Assembly (NCBI GenBank): GCA_963752805.1 | Contig: CAVWAA010000010.1 | Coordinates: forward strand, 73,450-137,449 | DNA: 64,000 nt | From: Candidatus Binataceae bacterium | Lineage (GTDB): Bacteria > Desulfobacterota > Binatia > Binatales > Binataceae | Reading direction: 5' to 3' | In this document: piece by piece, positions 60,390-64,000 of the stretch | How the letters are laid out: each line of letters begins with the position of its first letter | Numbering within the stretch: the first letter of the stretch is position 1 | Program-made: the position numbers and the translations under genes | Notes under the pieces: generated by a model | What the model was told of the DNA's origin: nothing | The model's database searches: none | Seen by the model: only the letters and a program-made list of their open reading frames with translations

Positions 60390-61244
60390 ATGAAACTTGG
60401 AATCAGCTTCGCCAATTCAGGAAAGTTTAGCCGGCCTGAACTATTCGCCGAACTCGCCCGCGATTGCGAGACCCTCGGCTTCGAATCGATCTGGACCGTC
60501 GAGCACGTCGTTATTCCGCAGCCACATATGCCCTATCCCGGTTCCAAAGACGGCCAAATGCCTGGCGGGGATCAGGTGCCGATTCCCGATCCGTTGATCC
60601 CGCTGGCCTATGCCGCGGCCATTACCACGAAATTGAAGCTCTCCACCGGAGTCATCATCCTGCCGCAACGCCATCCGCTTTATCTGGCCAAGCAGCTCGC
60701 AACGCTCGACCTCCTGTCCAACGGCCGCATGATGATTGGAATTGGCAGCGGCTGGATGAAAGAAGAATTCGACTCGTTACAGATTCCGTTCAACGTACGT
60801 GGCGCCCGCACCGACGAATCGATCCAAGCGATGCGCACGTTATGGAGTGAGCCGGTTGCGAGCTTTCATGGCAAGCACTTCCACTTTCACGACGTGAAAA
60901 GCTATCCAAAGCCGGTTCAGAAAAGCGGAATTCCGATTCACATTGGCGGCCATTCGCTGGCAGCCGCTCGCCGCGCCGGCCGCTTCGGCGATGGTTTCTT
61001 CCCAACGCTCACTAGCCCGGAAAAGCTGAGCGAATTGTTCGCTGTTACGCGAGAAGAAGCCAAGAAGGCCGGGCGCAATCCAGAAGCAATCGAGTTTTCC
61101 GCGATGGCCGCGCCGAAGGCGGATTCGCTGAAAGCGCTCCGCGATATCGGTGTGACACGGATAATTATGGCACCACCGTCCTCAGATCCGGCTAAACTTC
61201 GCGCCGGCCTGGAGAAGATCGCCGATGATTTGGCAGACATCTGA
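60390..61244 (+). CDS. LLM-class oxidoreductase, paralogue 2
   Basis: ATG 60390: MKLGISFANSGKFSRPELFAELARDCETLGFESIWTVEHVVIP..; collinear with, and clearly similar to, the upstream paralogue. Confidence 0.85.
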   Translation: MKLGISFANSGKFSRPELFAELARDCETLGFESIWTVEHVVIPQPHMPYPGSKDGQMPGGDQVPIPDPLIPLAYAAAITTKLKLSTGVIILPQRHPLYLAKQLATLDLLSNGRMMIGIGSGWMKEEFDSLQIPFNVRGARTDESIQAMRTLWSEPVASFHGKHFHFHDVKSYPKPVQKSGIPIHIGGHSLAAARRAGRFGDGFFPTLTSPEKLSELFAVTREEAKKAGRNPEAIEFSAMAAPKADSLKALRDIGVTRIIMAPPSSDPAKLRAGLEKIADDLADI

Positions 61245-61335
61245 CGCTTTGACCGCTCGCGGCTAGCAATCAGCGAGGTGATTCAGCGCGGCCGGGGGGC
61301 CGAGCAAGCCTAAAGCCTTAGCGCCCGGCGGCCAC

Positions 61336-62482
61336 TTACCTGATTGCCGTCCGCTGAGCTTGAGCCGTCTCGACCTCAGCCGCATCCTCTAATCCGAAGC
61401 TCCATTCGAACCTGCCTCGTGACGTCTGCAGAGTCACGCGATATCGATGACCGGAGGATAATGGTGTGCGAGGAATCAGCACCACCGCACCGTAAGCATC
61501 CAGCAGTTCACGGCCGCGTTTTTGCTGGATAGGGTCAGAGCTGCGGTAACTGGCCGCATCGAATCCGCATGCTTCAAGCGCGTCATCCAATGTCTGGTCG
61601 TGGAGCGAATAGGACCGCAATCACGAGCCGTCGACCAGTTTGCAGCGTAATCGGCAAGCCGGCCGGCCGCTCATAACCTGCGCATCCAGCCATAGGGTTC
61701 GGCCATTCGGTGCCGCTCAGCGCGTTGATGGAGATATTGGTGTTCGCAGGAGGAAACTCAATCGGGTCGCCGTGCTGCTGAGCCTCAAGCGGACCGCGCA
61801 AGGCCAATGCGGCGGCCCGGCGCGGATACTCGCCAAAACTGCCGTAACCGCCAAGCCGCGCCCATGGCGCAAGCAGTGATAGCCGGTGGAATGGAGCCAG
61901 TATCAAATTGTCGATGTCGCCCGATTCACTCCTACCCTCCCATGCGACATCAGCTCCCTGAATAACGTCGGCTGCAAGCGGCCCACCAATTGCCGCTTCT
62001 GCGCCTGCCGCCGTATAGGACGGGCTGTGTGAATTCTCGAGATGCGCTCGTGGGCCTATCCTGCGGTCGTAAGCGCGGAACCCGACGGCGTCCGCTGGTC
62101 CCTGAGCGATCAGGTAGCGGGCGTGTTCTTCGCTGCCATAGCTCAGGTGAGCATTTTCGGCAACAGCACGCAGACCCGCCATCCGCCGCCATTGATTGAG
62201 TTCGGAAAGCCACAGCGGCGCAGGCAGCGGTTCCATTGCCGCCGCCGATAAACCTCGCTCGAATACTGGCGACGGCAACGATCGGAAAGTCGTGGCCGGT
62301 AAGGCATCGCGAACCTTAAATGCTTTTTTTCCCCTCGCGGCCGGCACTATGCATATGGGTGCAACACCGCCCTCAGCGGATTTGAGGCTACCAGGCCCAG
62401 GGTCGTCTGATTTTAAATTTCGCCCAGAAGTTAATGAAGCTACGAGCGCGAGTATTCCCAATAACCCGAAAACCTTCTTCAT
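61336..62482 (-). CDS. Secreted CAP/SCP-domain protein; C-terminal ~90 codons are in a second overlapping frame
   Basis: ATG 62482: MKKVFGLLGILALVASLTSG.. (signal peptide) ..LNQWRRMAGLRAVAENAHLSYGSEEHARYL.. (CAP-like). Track ORF 61583..62512 stops at 61583, and the overlapping ORF 61336..61620 (RSYSLHDQTLDD..) may be its displaced C-terminus or a separate gene. Confidence 0.5.
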
Positions 62483-62608
62483 ACCCCCGGTCTGATGCCC
62501 CCACACGCACAAACGGCCCGCTTACGATAGTTGCTCGTCTCACCCGGGTAAAGTGGTGAGACCGTTTTAGGGCAGGAGAAGCTCGCCTTCAAACGATGCT
62601 GCCGAAAA

Positions 62609-63166
62609 TTAGCGGCCGGCGAGGCGGTCGAGAATCACGCTCGCGGCCGCGCGTACTGACAAATGATTATACTCGGCCGGCCCGCAGACCGCATCGAGGA
62701 CGACGTCGGCGCGCTCACGCATCGCCGGCGCGAGTCCGAATCCCGTACCAAACATCAACATAATCGGTGGTCCCTCGATGTTCTCGACTTTGCTTCTCAA
62801 CTCCCGGTAGGACGCACCGCCGCTTGCGCTTGCTGATGTATAGACCAGCAAAGGAAAAGCCTTCGCCAAAACCTCGGCTGCTTTCAGTGCCGCCTCGAGG
62901 TCTTCGACCACTTCGACCAGATCAAGCGCTTCACGGCGGCGGGAATCGTAGAGACGGCCATAGCCGAGCCTCCAATGGTCGAGCACCCGCAATGCGAATG
63001 CCCGTTGCTCGGCCACCGGATGGACCACGTACATCGCCCGAACACCGTAGGTGCGCGCGGAGCGGGCGATATCATGCAGGTCGAGGCTGGTGATGGCAGA
63101 GGTCACGATCCGGCCGTTGCGGTTGAGCACCGGATGGTGGATTAGAGCGACGAATAGATCCGCCAC
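62609..63166 (-). CDS. SPOUT-like SAM-dependent RNA methyltransferase (family often found next to trmD)
   Basis: GTG 63166, 1 nt after the trmD stop: VADLFVALIHHPVLNRNGRIVTSAITSLDLHDIARSARTYGV..; C-terminal ..MLMFGTGFGL... Confidence 0.6.
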   Translation of the reverse strand: MADLFVALIHHPVLNRNGRIVTSAITSLDLHDIARSARTYGVRAMYVVHPVAEQRAFALRVLDHWRLGYGRLYDSRRREALDLVEVVEDLEAALKAAEVLAKAFPLLVYTSASASGGASYRELRSKVENIEGPPIMLMFGTGFGLAPAMRERADVVLDAVCGPAEYNHLSVRAAASVILDRLAGR

Positions 63167-63167
63167 T

Positions 63168-63857
63168 TCAAAGTTTGTCCGTCCTGGAAAGCGGACGGGG
63201 ACGGCGTTGCGCGGTACGCTTGCGGGCTTCAGCCTCGCGCCAGGCGTCGATCCGGCGATGGTCACCGCTCAGCAGAACTTCCGGCACTCGCATTCCGCGA
63301 AATTCCTCGGGCCGGGTGAAATGCGGATATTCGAGCATACCCGAAGGACCGAACGATTCTTCCAGCAGTGATTCCGGATTGCCAAGCACACCTGGAAGCA
63401 GGCGCGCCACCGCCTCGATCACAACCATCGCCGGCAGCTCGCCGCCGCTCAGCACATATTCACCAATCGAAATTTCGCGGTCGACCATCGACAGCACGCG
63501 TTCATCGATACCTTCGTAGCGGCCGGCAATCAGAAGCAGGCCCGCCGCATTCTGAGCAAAGTCTCGCGCGATTGCCTGGTCCAGAATTTCGCCTTGCGGA
63601 CTCATGAGGATTCGCAGAAGCTTCGGATGCCGCGCCATCGCGTCATCAATAGCCGCGGCAAGCGGCTCCGGGCGCATCACCATGCCGCTACCACCGCCAT
63701 ACGGAGTATCATCGACCTGGCGATAGTTCCCGAGTCCATATTCCCGCAGATTGCGAGTGCGAATCGTGATCAATCCGCTCGCTTGTGCCCGCCCGATAAG
63801 GCCGGCCTCGAGCGCAGCAAACATTTCGGGAAACAGGGTGATTACATGAAATTCCAT
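63168..63857 (-). CDS. trmD: tRNA (guanine37-N1)-methyltransferase
   Basis: ATG 63857: MEFHVITLFPEMFAALEAGLIGRA..YRQVDDTPYGGGSGMVMRPEPL..LIAGRYEGIDERV..EISIGEYVLSGGELPAMVVIEAV is the canonical TrmD pattern. Confidence 0.93.
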   Translation of the reverse strand: MEFHVITLFPEMFAALEAGLIGRAQASGLITIRTRNLREYGLGNYRQVDDTPYGGGSGMVMRPEPLAAAIDDAMARHPKLLRILMSPQGEILDQAIARDFAQNAAGLLLIAGRYEGIDERVLSMVDREISIGEYVLSGGELPAMVVIEAVARLLPGVLGNPESLLEESFGPSGMLEYPHFTRPEEFRGMRVPEVLLSGDHRRIDAWREAEARKRTAQRRPRPLSRTDKL

Positions 63858-63916
63858 TTTTTCACTGGCCAGCATTTGCCATCACAGAACCTCCGCTGGT
63901 GAAGGTTATCGCCGCT

Positions 63917-64000
63917 CTAATTGCACCAGCGCGGATTGGCAATGCGGATGACGGCGTTCGGCTCTATCTGCCGGGCGTTATCGGACGAACTGTGGATTAA
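63917..64000 (-). CDS. rimM: Possible 3' end of rimM (partial, runs off the right edge)
   Basis: Position upstream of trmD fits the conserved rimM-trmD order. Own translation ..IHSSSDNARQIEPNAVIRIANPRWCN(stop) only loosely resembles the RimM PRC-barrel end. Confidence 0.3.
   Translation of the reverse strand, partial: LIHSSSDNARQIEPNAVIRIANPRWCN

Overview
GC-rich bacterial chromosome segment in three parts. (1) Left flank, 1-13.6 kb, holds ordinary genes: an RND efflux pump plus adaptor, tRNA-Asp(GTC), rplM-rpsI, a LigAB-type extradiol dioxygenase pair, a CheB/CheR-fused hybrid histidine kinase, a GFA-family protein and a D-aminoacylase-family amidohydrolase. (2) The centre, about 13.7-53.3 kb, is a Mu/P2-like myovirus prophage remnant, with structural genes almost all on the minus strand. 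Recognisable genes are the Mu gpI protease/scaffold, DUF2190-like decoration protein, Mu gpT capsid, gp36- and gp37-like proteins, a lysis cassette, sheath, tube, gpU, gpX, gpD, gpV, gpW, gpJ, gpI, several fibre-like genes and a displaced gp29-like portal. I found no terminase, transposase or integrase, tail chaperone or tape measure. At least a dozen genes carry frameshifts, an in-frame stop or a damaged start. The baseplate operon is interrupted by cargo genes, several of which encode signal peptides. The most unusual property is that almost every intercistronic junction of this block is occupied by one of at least six families of short repeats. These are an 18-bp perfect palindrome element that also sits in frame inside three structural genes, a twin-hairpin element with compensatory arm variants, two MITE-like families sharing TGTCAYYC termini, a roughly 100-nt module ending in GGAGCGAATTAAAA-ATG, and G-rich TIR elements. 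I saw none of them in either flank by eye. A divergent regulatory module (HTH repressor-like gene versus small ORFs plus a Mor-like activator) lies at 50.6-53.2 kb. (3) Right flank, 53.8-64 kb: a BCP/PrxQ peroxiredoxin whose peroxidatic Cys codon is an in-frame UGA followed by a SECIS-like hairpin (candidate selenoprotein). It is followed by a family III CoA-transferase, an amidohydrolase, a GST, three LLM oxidoreductase paralogues, a CAP-domain protein, a SPOUT-like methyltransferase, trmD and possibly the rimM 3' end. All family assignments come from reading the translations and recalling family motifs; no searches were run.
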